Assembly: GCA_013265495.1 (NCBI GenBank)
Contig: MU063886.1
Span: forward strand, 868,001-932,000
Origin: Vicugna vicugna
Taxonomy: Eukaryota
Reading direction: 5' to 3'
Length of the DNA: 64,000 nucleotides
Part shown: one piece after another, positions 23,350 to 33,990 of the stretch
How the letters are laid out: every line of letters starts with the position of its first letter
Position numbering within the stretch: the stretch's first letter is position 1
Position numbers and translations under genes: made by a program
Notes under the pieces: generated by a model
What the model was told of the DNA's origin: nothing
What the model saw: only the letters and a program-made list of their open reading frames with translations
The model's database searches: none

Positions 23350-23480
23350 ATGCTTCTCAAAGGATTGCGGATCTCAGGCTCTTGTGGGTGCAGGTTCAGA
23401 TCTATCAGGCCTGTGCTGTGCCTTCAGGAAGCCCCCAGGAGATGCTGACGTGCTGGTGCTCGAATCTCACTTTGAGGACA
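23350..23480. mobile_element. MER5A-like MITE fragment
   Basis: gcttctcaaag...ccccaggagatgctgacgtgctggtgctcgaatctcactttgag. Confidence 0.55.
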
Positions 23481-23739
23481 AGGAGTTACAGGATATGTCT
23501 TACCTGCGTTTGCATACCGACACGTAACGTAGGCTGTATGTATATGAGGAATGTCGTGAGGGTGACTGGTGGAGATTAGAGGCACCTACCCCTTCCAACA
23601 GCTCTTGGCTTGGCTCCTGACCGAGTTCAAGAACGAATCCTTATTCAATGTAATTGTAAGATCCATCAGTAGTCTGTAGACTCTTACTCTTTAGTCTGAA
23701 AGGGTCACCTGCCCATCTTTAGGAAGGAGTTTGTTCAGC

Positions 23740-24540
23740 ATCTTGATTTTTGTGTTTATGTCTCTTGTCAAGTTGCGAAGCTTCCCACCATTATTTTTTC
23801 GAGTACTTTCTACTCTTTTTCTGGGATACGTGTGAATGGGGAATATTTTGTTGTAGTCCTACAGGTCCCTGAGACTCTGTTGTTCTTTTTTTTTCATTCT
23901 GCTCTCTCTCTGTTGCTCAGATTGGATAATTTCTGTCATTCTGTCTTCCAGTTCTCTGATTCTTTCCTCTCTCCCTTCTGTTCTGCTGCCGTGCCCATCC
24001 ACTGTGGTTTTTATTTCTGCATTTTTCTGTATTTTCTTTCTTTACTTTTTATATTAACTGTATCTTTGAGTTTTAAAATTTCCACTTGGTTCTATTTCTT
24101 TTCTGAGGCTTTCTGTTTTCTCACCTGTTTTAGACATGTTTGTAATTGCTCATGGAAGCATTTTTATGTGGCTACTTTAAAAATCTTGGATTATTTTAAC
24201 AGCTCTCTTGTCTCAGTGTTGTCTTTTTTTCATTCAGTTTGAGATCTTTGTGGTTCTTGGTACAGTGAATGATCTTTTAATTGAAACCTGGACATTTTTG
24301 TACTGTGCTGTAAGACTCTGGATCTTATTTAAACCTGTTTTAACTAGGTTGTTCTGACACTGTCCCTGCAGGGGAGAGGTCATCATCTTGCTTCACCTTG
24401 GCAGGGAGAGCCCAAGTTCTCCACTGGCCTCAGTCAGGTCCAGCTGAGGGGTGAGGTGGGCCCCTCTTTACTGCTGGGGTGGGTAGAATTTCCAGCCCCT
24501 TGCATGGTCTCCATGGACACCATGAGAGGCCAAGGGGCTC
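23740..24540 (-). mobile_element. Old L1M 5'/ORF1-region fragment
   Basis: T-rich ttgctcagattggataatttctgtc...ctcttgtctcagtgttg followed by ctgctggggtgggtagaatttccagcc. Confidence 0.65.
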
Positions 24541-24544
24541 ATAG

Positions 24545-24844
24545 CTGGCCATCGGGGATGGTTCATGGTCCCTTCCTCCATCCTCAAAGCCATCAGTGGC
24601 CAGTCAGGTCCTTCTCACACTGCATCACTTTGACACTGAATCTTCCGTCTCCCACTTCTACATTTAAAGACACTTCTGATTACACTTGGCCCGCCTGGAT
24701 AATCCAGGATAATCTGTTTTAATGTCAGCTGATCAGAAACCTAAATTCCATCTCCAATCTTAATTCTCCTTTGCCATTTAACTTACAGGTTCCAGGGATT
24801 AGGACTTGAACCTTTTGCAGGGGGCCATTATTCTGCCTAGCACA
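24545..24844 (-). mobile_element. MLT1 (MaLR, D/E-type) LTR fragment
   Basis: Ends ggttccagggattaggac...ggccattattctgcctagcaca, the reverse complement of an MLT1 5' end. Confidence 0.85.
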
Positions 24845-24959
24845 AAGCCCACGCTGTAAGCCACTGTATTATTTAAACTGCCTTTTCTCTACAGCTAAAT
24901 GAGAAAGATCTGAGTAAGGACTCAGTCTTTGAAAGAACTCATCCCAGTACTCCCAGTTT

Positions 24960-25432
24960 GATTAACATAGCTTTTCCCTCTGTCCCCAGTCCAGGTGAGG
25001 ATGGGCATTCCTTGCTCATTGGATTGTTGGAGGAAACCAGTTCCTTGGGGTTGGTGGACTAAGGTCCTTGTTTTCTTGCTGGCTGCCAGCTGAGGGCCAT
25101 TCCCAGCTATAAGAATCCACTCACGTTCCTTGACTTGAGGGCTCCTTCTCCCCTCTTCAAAGCCGGCCGTGATGAGTCAAACCCCTCTCGTGCTTCAATT
25201 CTCTACTCTTCCTTCTTTCTCATCTTTCACAGCCAGCTGGGAAAAGTTCTCTGCTTTTAAGGACTCATGTGATTAAATTGGGCCCAGTGGGACAATTTAG
25301 GATAATGTTTTATTTCAAGGTCTATACCCTTAATCACATCTGCAAACTTGCTTTTGCCATGTAAGGTAATGTATTCATAGGTTCTGAGGATTAGGGAGTG
25401 GACGTCTTTGGAGGCCATGTTCTTCCCACTAC
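24960..25432 (-). mobile_element. MLT1 LTR
   Basis: ttttaaggactcatgtgattaaattgggccc...aatcacatctgcaaac...gattagggagtggacgtctttggaggcc...cactaca. Confidence 0.85.
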
Positions 25433-25439
25433 ACTATCC

Positions 25440-25635
25440 TAGGTCATCCAGCCTCCACCTCACCTGCCAGCTTACCAGGGATGCTGAGTGAGGCCAACAG
25501 AGGGCAGCTGAGCTGGACCAGACTGTAAGAACCACTCGGCTGACACATGAAATCATGAACTATTTAAATGATGGTTGTTTTAAGCCACTGTATTTGGGGG
25601 TGGTTGGTTATGCAGCAAGAGAGAGCCAGCACAAA
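25440..25635 (+). mobile_element. MLT1 LTR 3' fragment
   Basis: tggttgttttaagccactgtatttgggggtggttggttatgcagcaa. Confidence 0.75.
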
Positions 25636-26082
25636 CCACAAGCTGGCTCACGACTGAAGCGGTGTGCACTGCATCGTGGACACAGAGTCACTGCTCTGCA
25701 GTCCTTACTCAGCCTCCTCCTCGGTGATGGGCGGAGTTTCTTTTAAGCCAAATAAACAGAAGAAATTGTTGTCCTGAATACTGAGGCCATTCTCTCTGAA
25801 CTCAGTATTCTTTAACTGAAGCCACCACAGGCAATAGGATCACAAGCTACTTTTATATTATTTAAGAGCAGTTAGTTTTACCTACCTTTGCCTGGAAAAT
25901 GGGACTGCTAGCCCTGTACACACCCAAGGGAAATTACCTCCTTGTTTCTATCCTGGTCTGACCCTCTAGAGCATTCTCCCAGCCCCGCTTTTTAAGGGAG
26001 CGTTCCATTAGTCAATTTTAGACCTTTGGTGACCTTTCTCATTGAAAAAGAGAGAGTGAATATTAATCTCTAGTATGTTACA

Positions 26083-26122
26083 GTCTACAGCCATACCACC
26101 GTGAACGCGCCGGATCTCGTCT
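26083..26122 (+). pseudogene. RNA5S: 5S rRNA 5' fragment (nt 1-40), tailless retropseudogene
   Basis: GTCTACAGCCATACCACCGTGAACGCGCCGGATCTCGTCT matches mammalian 5S nt 1-40 (GTCTACGGCCATACCACCCTGAACGCGCCCGATCTCGTCT, from memory) at 37/40. Flanked by tctagtatgtt at 26069-26079 and 26120-26130; no poly(A). Confidence 0.93.
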
Positions 26123-26813
26123 AGTATGTTCCCTGCTGCAGGGAAAAACAATACATATCTTACCAAACTGATAAGAATGAAGTGAGAACATAGGTGAAGT
26201 ACTTGTCAGTGCCTTGGCCATTGTAGGTTCTCTATAAGTGTAAATTCCACTTCTTAGTGGGTGAGGAGTATTACAACTTGTTTCCTTGTCCCAGTTTGCC
26301 ACTAACTTTTTATCTAGTCTTAACACATTATTTATTTTTGCTGTATTACCTCTTTCACGTGTAAAGTGGGGAAGTTAGCATAGAGATCTCCTAAAATACC
26401 TTCCTTCTCTAAGTCTCTTTAAATCTCTAAAATGTGGTTTAAGTTTTTGTTTCTAGACAGTTTAGTTTTGGCAGAAGTGAAGCTGTGGCTATGTTAATAT
26501 GGTGCTAAAGTAATGATGAATTTGACAAAAATGACTGTTTCGGTGGCTGACAAGTTGAGGTAAACTGACAAATGAAACAACCAAATACAATCATAAATAA
26601 ATATGTGGCCGAAATTGGAGGTTTTAATAATATATTTGGTTTAGAGTCATGGTCATATTGAAGTAAGAAATATGGGGAGTCATTTTGGAAACCTGAAGGT
26701 GAGGGAAGAAAGCTTCAAAAGAAGCCCTTAGCTCTCCTGTAAGTAACCAGAGTGCCTTCAGAGCAGACCAAAGCAGGATGCTTGGATTGTGTTGCTAGCT
26801 GGCAGGGGACCCC

Positions 26814-27422
26814 TGGTTCATTTTCTATTGAGGTGTAACATGTAACTACACACCTAGTGACTTAAAACAACACACATTTATTATCTCGTAGTTCCTTGAA
26901 TAGGAGTGCAGGCACAGCCAGCCGATTCCTCTGCTTAGTGACTCACAAAGGTGTAATGAAGCTATCAGGCAGGCTGCGGTCTTGTCTGAAGGCTTGACGG
27001 GGAAAGAGTCCATTTCTGAGCTCTCTCTGATTGCTGGTGGAATTAATTTCCTTGTGGCTGGGGGACTTGAGGGCTCCAGCCTCTTGCTTGGCTAGATACT
27101 GCCCTCAGCTCCTGCTGCTCCTATAGCTCCTAGAGGCCACCTGTGGTTCTCAGGGGCCACCCACAGTTCTACACTGTTTCCCAGCACCGCCACTTCCTCA
27201 TCAAGCCAGCAAGGACAGCTTCTAGAGTAAACCTGCCGGCAAGATGGATATTATATAACATCTCATAATCATGGGAAGGACAGCCCATCACTTTTGCTAC
27301 ATTCTGTTGATTAGAAGCAGATCATAGGACCTATGTCTAAGTCAAGGCAAAGGGACTATACAAAGATGTGAACCCCAGGAGGCAGGGATCACTGGGGGTT
27401 ACCTTGAAGCCTTCCTGCCATG
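26814..27422 (-). mobile_element. MLT1 (F-type) LTR, near full length
   Basis: ttttctattg...gacttaaaacaacacacatttattatctc...cattctgttgattagaagc...gatgtgaaccccaggaggcagggatcactggggg. Confidence 0.85.
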
Positions 27423-27700
27423 GCCTCCAAAGATATAGATGATAAACACACAGGATCTGCCTTCTTTGCACCCTTATTGTCTGTAGAAGTGACCCTTATT
27501 GTGTCACTTCCTCTCTGTCTCAAAGCTTTGTCTCCAGAAAGGCTCCAGAACAGCTGACTGTTTTCAGGTTACTTGGAGCTAAATGGAGAGGAATCTTGGC
27601 AGTTACTGAGTTCAGTGAGGATAACTTAAGTCAAAATTCCCCTTATTCCACTTCATTAGAAGGTGTAAGTCTTTTCTCTGCTTTTGTTTCGACATCTCAG

Positions 27701-27787
27701 AAGGAGGCTTCTCCCGCCATCACAGAAACTTGGAGGTGTGTTGAACTGGTGTCAAGCGGGAGGGTAGCACTGGTACAAAGAAAGAGG
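27701..27787 (+). other. Candidate 87-nt exon, plus strand
   Basis: cttttctctgcttttgtttcgacatctcag|AAGGAG...AAAGAGG|gtaaga; open in frame 0 (KEASPAITETWRCVELVSSGRVALVQRKR). Confidence 0.2.
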
Positions 27788-27799
27788 GTAAGAACTTAC

Positions 27800-27905
27800 C
27801 CTGCTCTTGCTTGACAAGTTTTGCCTAATGGAGTGAAACAAAAATTTACTTGGAAAAGAGAAGTTGATCAAATGCAAGCTGGGAGGGATGTTGCATAAAC
27901 CAGCT
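27800..27905 (-). other. Candidate exon, minus strand (106 nt, or 25 nt from the acceptor at 27825)
   Basis: Acceptors cctgctctgttcctttccag (27906) and ttttgtttcactccattag (27825); donor AGG|gtaagt. Confidence 0.2.
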
Positions 27906-28719
27906 CTGGAAAGGAACAGAGCAGGATCGTGCACTTCCAGTTTCGATTACAGAGAATTAAATGTTAAACACATTAGTTCTCCTGCACACCCCTCCTCCCA
28001 CCACGTGATTGTCCTGCAGGTGTCGGAATACCGATTTTTTTCCTGGTCTCAGTGTCTTTCACCCTTCCACAAATTGCCTTCACTGAAGAGCATCCATGTG
28101 CTGAAACAGACAAGGGAGGAGACTAATGAACGGACCTTTAACCTTCTAAGGAAAGCGTGTCTGTGCCAGTGAAAATCCCAAAGCTGTCTCTGACAATTTG
28201 GTATTAAAGGTAGCTCTGTCAACTGCCTCTTGAGGGACAGAGAGCACCCTCCCAACCTCCTCACCCTCACCTTCCTCTCTCTGCATCCAAATGGATTGCC
28301 TCCTGTCCCCTCACCATCCCTTCTGCTAAAGGAGCTTCTCTCTAACAGTGATGTTAGCTGTCATGTGTGAAGCACCTACCACATCAGCCATTGTTTTGAT
28401 CAGCATCATCATCGTCACCTAACGTTTCTGAGCATTTACCATTTGCAAGGCAGTGCTGTTCTAATTCTTGTGCTAGCTTTATGAAGCAGATATTTTAAAA
28501 AATAAAGTCAGCTATTTATGCATGCCTTAAGCAAATGTCAGAAGATGAAGTGGAAATTGGGCTTATTAAAAATTTGATTAGATGAAAATGAGTCTTGTCT
28601 GTTTTCTGTATATGCCCCTGTCACAGTGGTGTAGGGAGTGATTGGTGTTCAAAGCCAAAAGGTGGTAAAAGGAGACAGTCATTATTTCTGGCCCTATTAT
28701 CCTTCCTTAAATTCGTCTA

Positions 28720-28985
28720 GGTATGTATAGTCAGCACAGGCAAGATGCATAACTGCAGGAGGGCGTTTCATGAGATGACAGTGCTGCAGAGGACAAAGGG
28801 CATGAGTCTGAGCCAGCAGCAGAGAAATACACCAGAATGGCTAGGCGTGGAGTCAGATAACAGGTTCATCATGGCTACTAGTGTCCAAAAGGTCTCTTCC
28901 AGGATCCTCACATGGCCATCTTCTCCCTGGGGGTCTCTTTGTCTCTTCTCTTCTTAAAATGATGCGATCATATTGGGTTAACCAG
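28720..28985 (-). mobile_element. MLT1 LTR fragment
   Basis: cctcacatggccatcttctccctg...tctcttctcttcttaaaatgatgcgatcatattgggtta. Confidence 0.6.
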
Positions 28986-29069
28986 CTGGAGCACGTGGAA
29001 TTTGAAAGCCCCAGAAGGCATGCAAGTCATAGTGAGAGAACAAGGGATGACTTTAAGGCTTATCAAAGT

Positions 29070-29562
29070 GGAATTGCGTGGTCCAGTTTCCATGTGGGTG
29101 CCATCGGTAGACTGGATGTCTGGGGATCCTTGTATCGAGAGGAAGGGCTTATTTTCCTTCCCTTGGAATCTAGGCTGGCCCTGTAACTGTTTTAGCCAAG
29201 AGAATGTAGTTAGAGTAACATTCTAGTGCTTTCAAATGAAGGCCTTAAAGGCTGACGGCTTCTGAATGTTTCGTTCTTGAAAAGAAGCTGCCATGTTGTC
29301 AGGAGGACCAGGCAGTGGGGCGAAAAGGCCCCTGCAGAGGAGAACCAGGACCCTCCACCAGCAGCCCCTGCTGAGCTCCCAGGTGGCAGCACCAGTTGCT
29401 AGCTGTGTGATGTGGCCGTTCTGTCCTCTCCAGCCATTGTAACACTCCTGCCAACACCAAAGAAGTAGAACCACCCATCTAACCCACAGAAAGAGAAATA
29501 ATGTGCTTTTAAGGTATGACATTTTGGGGTGGTTTGTTACATTCTCACTGACAACCAGAACA
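29070..29562 (+). mobile_element. MLT1 (G/H-type) LTR
   Basis: cccttggaatctaggctggccctgtaactgttttagccaagagaatg...gctgccatgttgt...ttttggggtggtttgttaca...gacaaccagaaca. Confidence 0.85.
29376..29389 (+). promoter_or_regulatory. CTCF-core-like motif inside the MLT1 LTR
   Basis: CTCCCAGGTGGCAG. Confidence 0.25.
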
Positions 29563-30692
29563 CTTCTGTTTCTTCATACAGGGTATTTTCTGCAAGCCCT
29601 TTCTTTGTTGGGGGTGTCTTTCTTTTCCTTTCTGATACTTCTCTTTGAATTCACGTCACAGAAGCATCAGGGCTAATGCAACACTCCTTCTTACAGGGGA
29701 AGCAGACTGACCACCCTTTTTACCTCCACCTTGAAGGATCGAGCAGGACCTGAATGGAGTTTAGGGGAAAAGAGGCAGCATCCAGTGGCCCAGGTTTTCT
29801 TTTCTAGAGAGGACTTTCCTTTACTTTGGTTTCAATTGTCTGTATTCTACTTGACAACAAAGTGGTTTGATTTGGGGTCATGATTAGGTGTGGACCCACT
29901 GGAAGCCCTCCAAGGGGGCTGCTTCGGCAAGTCCACTTTATCTGCAGTGCGCCTCAGGTTGACTGTTAGTAGCTTCCAGGAACGCAGTGTTAGCAAGGCT
30001 TCTGAGGCTGAATTGGGAGCCACCAAGATAGATTGCTATGCTCCCCCATGCCACATGTGTGCCCCATATTTGTGCTCAGTCTTTAGGGTTTCAGGAGCTA
30101 CAGGGCACCATGAGGGCAGCTACCTATCATTTGATTTCATGCCATTTCAGTCTGATCATGTTACCATCTTATTAATTTGTAGACTCTGCATTACACTTTC
30201 ATGGTCTGATTTGCATTCTCCACCCCCTCTGTTTGTCTGATTGATAAAATTTTAAAGGGGCATCTGTTGTGCTAAAGATGACTTTTTACTTAGGATGCAA
30301 AGTCATTGGAATGTGTGGAGGCAATTTTTCTTAGGTAATAACCTCCCCTATCTTATCAAAACAGGCTTTGGTCGCAGAAAGGCTCTGTTAATTCAATTGC
30401 TGTTTAACTTTGCCGTGTGTTGACTGGCTGAATGAATAACGCCCTCTTACACCTCATTCTGACTTCTCACACATTTGTCTTCAACTCTGAACAAGGAATC
30501 TGAAGGCCTGGCCAGAGATGAATGAGAAATTCTGATGGTATTTTATAGGGTTTTAAAATAAAAGATCTATTTCCTTTAGTGGGTGAAGGAAGGTAGAGAG
30601 AAGCTATGTGTCAAAATATAATTGCTGTCACCAGTGATGGCAAATACTTAATGGATGTCTTCAGTATAGAGAGCCTTGTGATGTGTCTGTGG

Positions 30693-30915
30693 CAGCGGTC
30701 CTTAACTGAGATCATTTTGCCCCCACCCCTTCTCGGAGAACATCTGTCAATATCTGGAGACATTTTTGTCACAAATGGGGGCGGAAGATGTTACTGGCAC
30801 CTAGTGGGTGGAGGCCAGGTGGGCTGCTAAACATTTTACAATACACAAGACAATCTAGCACAACGGAGAGTTATCCAGCCCCAAATGTCAGTAGTTCCGA
30901 GGTTGAGAAACCCTG
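30693..30915 (+). mobile_element. MER20 hAT-Charlie MITE
   Basis: cagcggtccttaact...atatctggagacattttt...ggcacctagtgggtggaggccagg...ctgctaaacat...gaggttgagaaaccctg. Confidence 0.92.
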
Positions 30916-31177
30916 GTGTTTAGCTCTAAAGACATATTAAACATGGACCATATCTTCATGGAGGGGAACCAGGTCAAAGGGAAATAGGAATGAAATATGG
31001 GTAGAATCAGGCATCAGCCAAGCCTTGGCTCATCACCACACACCATGTTCCATAGAGAAAAGTCATCCATCACCCATTACAGGAGGGGGCACTTACCCAT
31101 GGGACACAGTGACCCTTCACAAAGGCAGGCACAGGAGAGGGAAGGAGAGCCATGGGGTTCCTCTGGGTTTGAGGCTG

Positions 31178-31252
31178 GGTCCTTCCTTCTCTTCCTTCCT
31201 TCCTTTCCTTCTTTTGTTTTCTTTCTCTTCTTTCTCCACCCCCCCCATATTC
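31178..31252. repeat. Polypyrimidine (TTCC/TC)n low-complexity tract
   Basis: ccttccttctcttccttccttcctttccttcttttgttttctttctcttctttctccacccccccc. Confidence 0.8.
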
Positions 31253-32530
31253 CTCTCTCTATAGAGAGAAAACCAGTCGTCTCTTCTGGCATTTAGGTAC
31301 ACACACCCAAATGGGTGATTTTATATTTCTGTGTAGATGTCTCATAGATGTCTCCAACTTACATGTCCACAATGGAGCACTTGATTTTCTCTCCCAGACT
31401 TGTTCCCTGCCCCCAGATATTTCTTTCCAGCAAGTATTATACCACTCTGCCAACTGTCAGGACAAAAATGTGTTTCCTTTCAGTTTCCAAATACCTATAT
31501 CCAACCTGTGGATTCTACCTTCTAAATAGATCTCAAACCCTCCTCCATACTCTTGTTTCCTCTGTCACTTTCCTAGTTCAGGCCACATGACATGTATGCC
31601 CCCAAGATGAATGGGACAGTTTCCTAAGTGGTTTATACCTTCATCTTTCCCTCTTGCCCTGCCTCCAGTCTACTTATGATACCCATATGGAAACTGAACT
31701 ATGTCATTTCATTGTAATGAGCCTTTAAAAGTCATCCATTGCTCCTACACTATGATCAGTGTGCCTTATCTGGCTTTCAGCTCTCCATGTGTTCCAGCTG
31801 GTTAATCTAGTATGACTGGTATCATTGTAAGAAAAGACACAGAAATACACAAGGAGAACACAGAGGCACACTGGAGTGATGGGTCTGCAAAGCAAGGAAT
31901 ACCAAGGATTGATTGGTGACAAAATCATAAGGTAGAAGAGGGAAGGAAATATTTCCCCCTGCAGTTTTCAGGACCATGCTGAAACCATGATTTCTTGGCT
32001 TTTAACTCCTAGACTTGTAGACCACACATTTCTGTTACTTTAAGCCACTCAGTCTGTGGAACCTTATTAGTCCAGCTCTAGGAAACTGAGATAGACCCAC
32101 TGCTCTTACCCCCTCTCTCACTTCCTTCCAGCCACACTGCTCATCTTTCTCTTCCTCAGCATGCCAAGCTCACTGTTCCCTTTTTTTTGGAAAAATGAGT
32201 TTTCTTTTGATGTTCACAGGCTGATTTCTTCTTGCCATGCAGAAAGCAGCTTAAAACTCAGCTCCTTTGAGAGAACTTCCTGGACCACCAAATCTAATGT
32301 GACAATCAATACTATCTTTCCCACATCACCTTGCACCTTGTTTTGATTCTCTGCTTAGAACTTAACACTGCATGTAATTTTTCTTGCTTATTTGCTTGTT
32401 GCCAGGGTTCACCACTACATGTAAACCCCACAAAACAAAACCCTTTTGTCTTCTGTTAACTTGTTTCTCTTCCACCTGAAATAGTGCCCAAACTTTGTAG
32501 ATACTCCATGAGTATTTTTTGAATGAATAG
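31250..32530 (+). mobile_element. L2 element interrupted by an MLT1 LTR
   Basis: ggcatttaggtacac...caggccacat; resumes cacttccttccagccacactgctc...tagtgccc...tttttgaatgaata. Confidence 0.75.
31790..32095 (+). mobile_element. MLT1 (B/C-type) LTR 3' part
   Basis: catttctgttactttaagccactcagtctgtggaaccttattagtccagctctaggaaactgagata. Confidence 0.8.
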
Positions 32531-32845
32531 GCCAGTTAAAAAAAAAAAAAGTCTTTACCTAAATGAAGTTGGTTGTAGTGACTGGATAATAGGGAATAGA
32601 CCATGAGCAATTCAGTGGGATCTCTGGAATGGAGAGGCTACGAGTTTTTGATGAAAGGAGAAATAGTTCTTAAAAGAAGATCCCCTCCTGTGGATGAGAG
32701 GAATCTCGACCTACGTTTAATGCTTAACCTCTGATGAAAGGGGACGTGGTTGGTTGTGTTCCATCAAGCCCACCTCTTTTCCTCTACAAATGTTTATGCT
32801 CTGAGCTCCCCCTTGCCCAGGCCTAACAGGAGCCTGAGAGAGGCT

Positions 32846-32977
32846 NNNNNNNNNNNNNNNNNNNNNNNNNNNNNNNNNNNNNNNNNNNNNNNNNNNNNNN
32901 NNNNNNNNNNNNNNNNNNNNNNNNNNNNNNNNNNNNNNNNNNNNNNNNNNNNNNNNNNNNNNNNNNNNNNNNNNNNN
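32846..32977. other. N gap, 132 nt
   Basis: Run of 132 n. Confidence 0.99.
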
Positions 32978-33381
32978 CAGCAGCAAAGGAACTGCTGCTA
33001 CACCACTAATCTGTCACCGCAGATTAATTACGACGAGCACATTAATCACCATTTGTTTCTAGTACAAAGGAAAATATCTTGTTTTTCAAGTACGTCCTGT
33101 TAAAAGAAGGTGTCCAGTCTTGTAGAAACAAGGCCCAACAAGGGCATGAGGCTTCATTAGTTAGAAACAAGAGGTAAATGGAGGGTGAAAAGCCCCGGCT
33201 GTGCACTGCCTTCAGAGCTCTCTGCCTCTGAGGATTCATGGAGAGGAGTGAGGCCGGATAACTAAGGACAGCCACCCAGCCTTTAACCTCATCAGACACT
33301 CGGGCAGCCCAGAGTTTCAAAGATTTAATTTTGCTTAGTGGATCTCCAAAGAATCAGAGGCCTACAGAAACAAATGTTTTA

Positions 33382-33510
33382 CATGGTGATGGTGATGCTG
33401 ATGATGCTAATGGTGGTGGTGGTGGTGGTGGTGATGATGATGCTGATGATGGTGGTGGTAATGGTGGTGCTGGTGGTGGTGATGATGATAACGATGATGA
33501 TGATGGTTAC
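33382..33510. repeat. Compound (GGT/GAT)n trinucleotide microsatellite
   Basis: ggtgatggtgatgctgatgatgctaatggtggtggtggtggtggtggtgatgat...gatgatgatggtt. Confidence 0.95.
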
Positions 33511-33618
33511 TATTGTTTGGTCAGAAAGCAATGGATGAGGCACTAGGTGGGAATTCAAGGGACCAAATTTCAATTCTGGACATGTATCTAGTTCTTGTTT
33601 AAAAATTGGATTGGACAA

Positions 33619-33730
33619 GGGGGAAGGTATAGCTCAAGTGGTAGAGCACATGCTTAACATGCACAAGTACTGGGTTCAATCCCCAGTACCTCCTCTAAAA
33701 GTAAACAAACCTAATTACTTGACCCCCCCA
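33619..33730 (+). mobile_element. Camelid tRNA-Ala-derived SINE (Vic-1 type), intact A and B boxes
   Basis: gggggaaggtaTAGCTCAAGTGGtagagcacatgcttaacatgcacaagtactgGGTTCAATCCCcagtacctcc...aaacctaattac...ccccccc; TSD-like attggattgga / atgggattgga. Confidence 0.92.
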
Positions 33731-33878
33731 AAGATGGGATTGGATGAGTGGCTTTCCATCTTTTTGGAGATTCAGGACCCATTTGAATATTTAATGAATG
33801 CAGTGGACTCTGTTACCACAAAAATATGTATGAACAAAATTTTATATACTGTTATAGTACACTGATCCTTGAAGTCTT

Positions 33879-33990
33879 TTTTTTTCTATATTTATTTTCT
33901 TATTTTGTGGGAGATGTAACTAGGTATTTATTGAACCCAGGACCTTGTATGTGCTAGGCACACACTCTGCCACTGAGCTACACCCTCCCC
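33879..33990 (-). mobile_element. Camelid Vic-1-type SINE with a deletion after the B-box core
   Basis: Reverse complement ggggagggtgtagctcagtggcagag...gtcctgggttcaat^aaatacctagttac... + A tail. TSD tgatccttgaagtctt (33863-33878) / tgatgcttgaagtctt (33991-34006), 15/16 identical. Confidence 0.92.

Noticed and set aside
26083-26122. Functional 5S rRNA gene
   Set aside because: Only 40 of about 120 nt are present; the internal promoter and terminator are absent.
31016-31030. Palindrome agccaag-c-cttggct
   Set aside because: The 7-bp arms are within chance expectation, and the half-site orientation and spacing do not fit the NFI consensus.
32820-32845. Idea that the gaps hide a known miRNA cluster such as miR-100/let-7a-2 (ctgttagg on the minus flank)
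   Set aside because: The match is only 8 nt and in the wrong context; no known miRNA flank or hairpin was recognised anywhere in the window.
33331-33618. Gly/Asp-, Val/Met- and Ile/Thr-rich ORFs
   Set aside because: Translations of a trinucleotide microsatellite.
33619-33692. tRNA-Ala-like gene with A and B boxes (also at 58249)
   Set aside because: The acceptor stem is not complementary, and it continues into the SINE-specific aaacctaattac-C tail with a TSD. It is a tRNA-derived SINE, not a tRNA gene.
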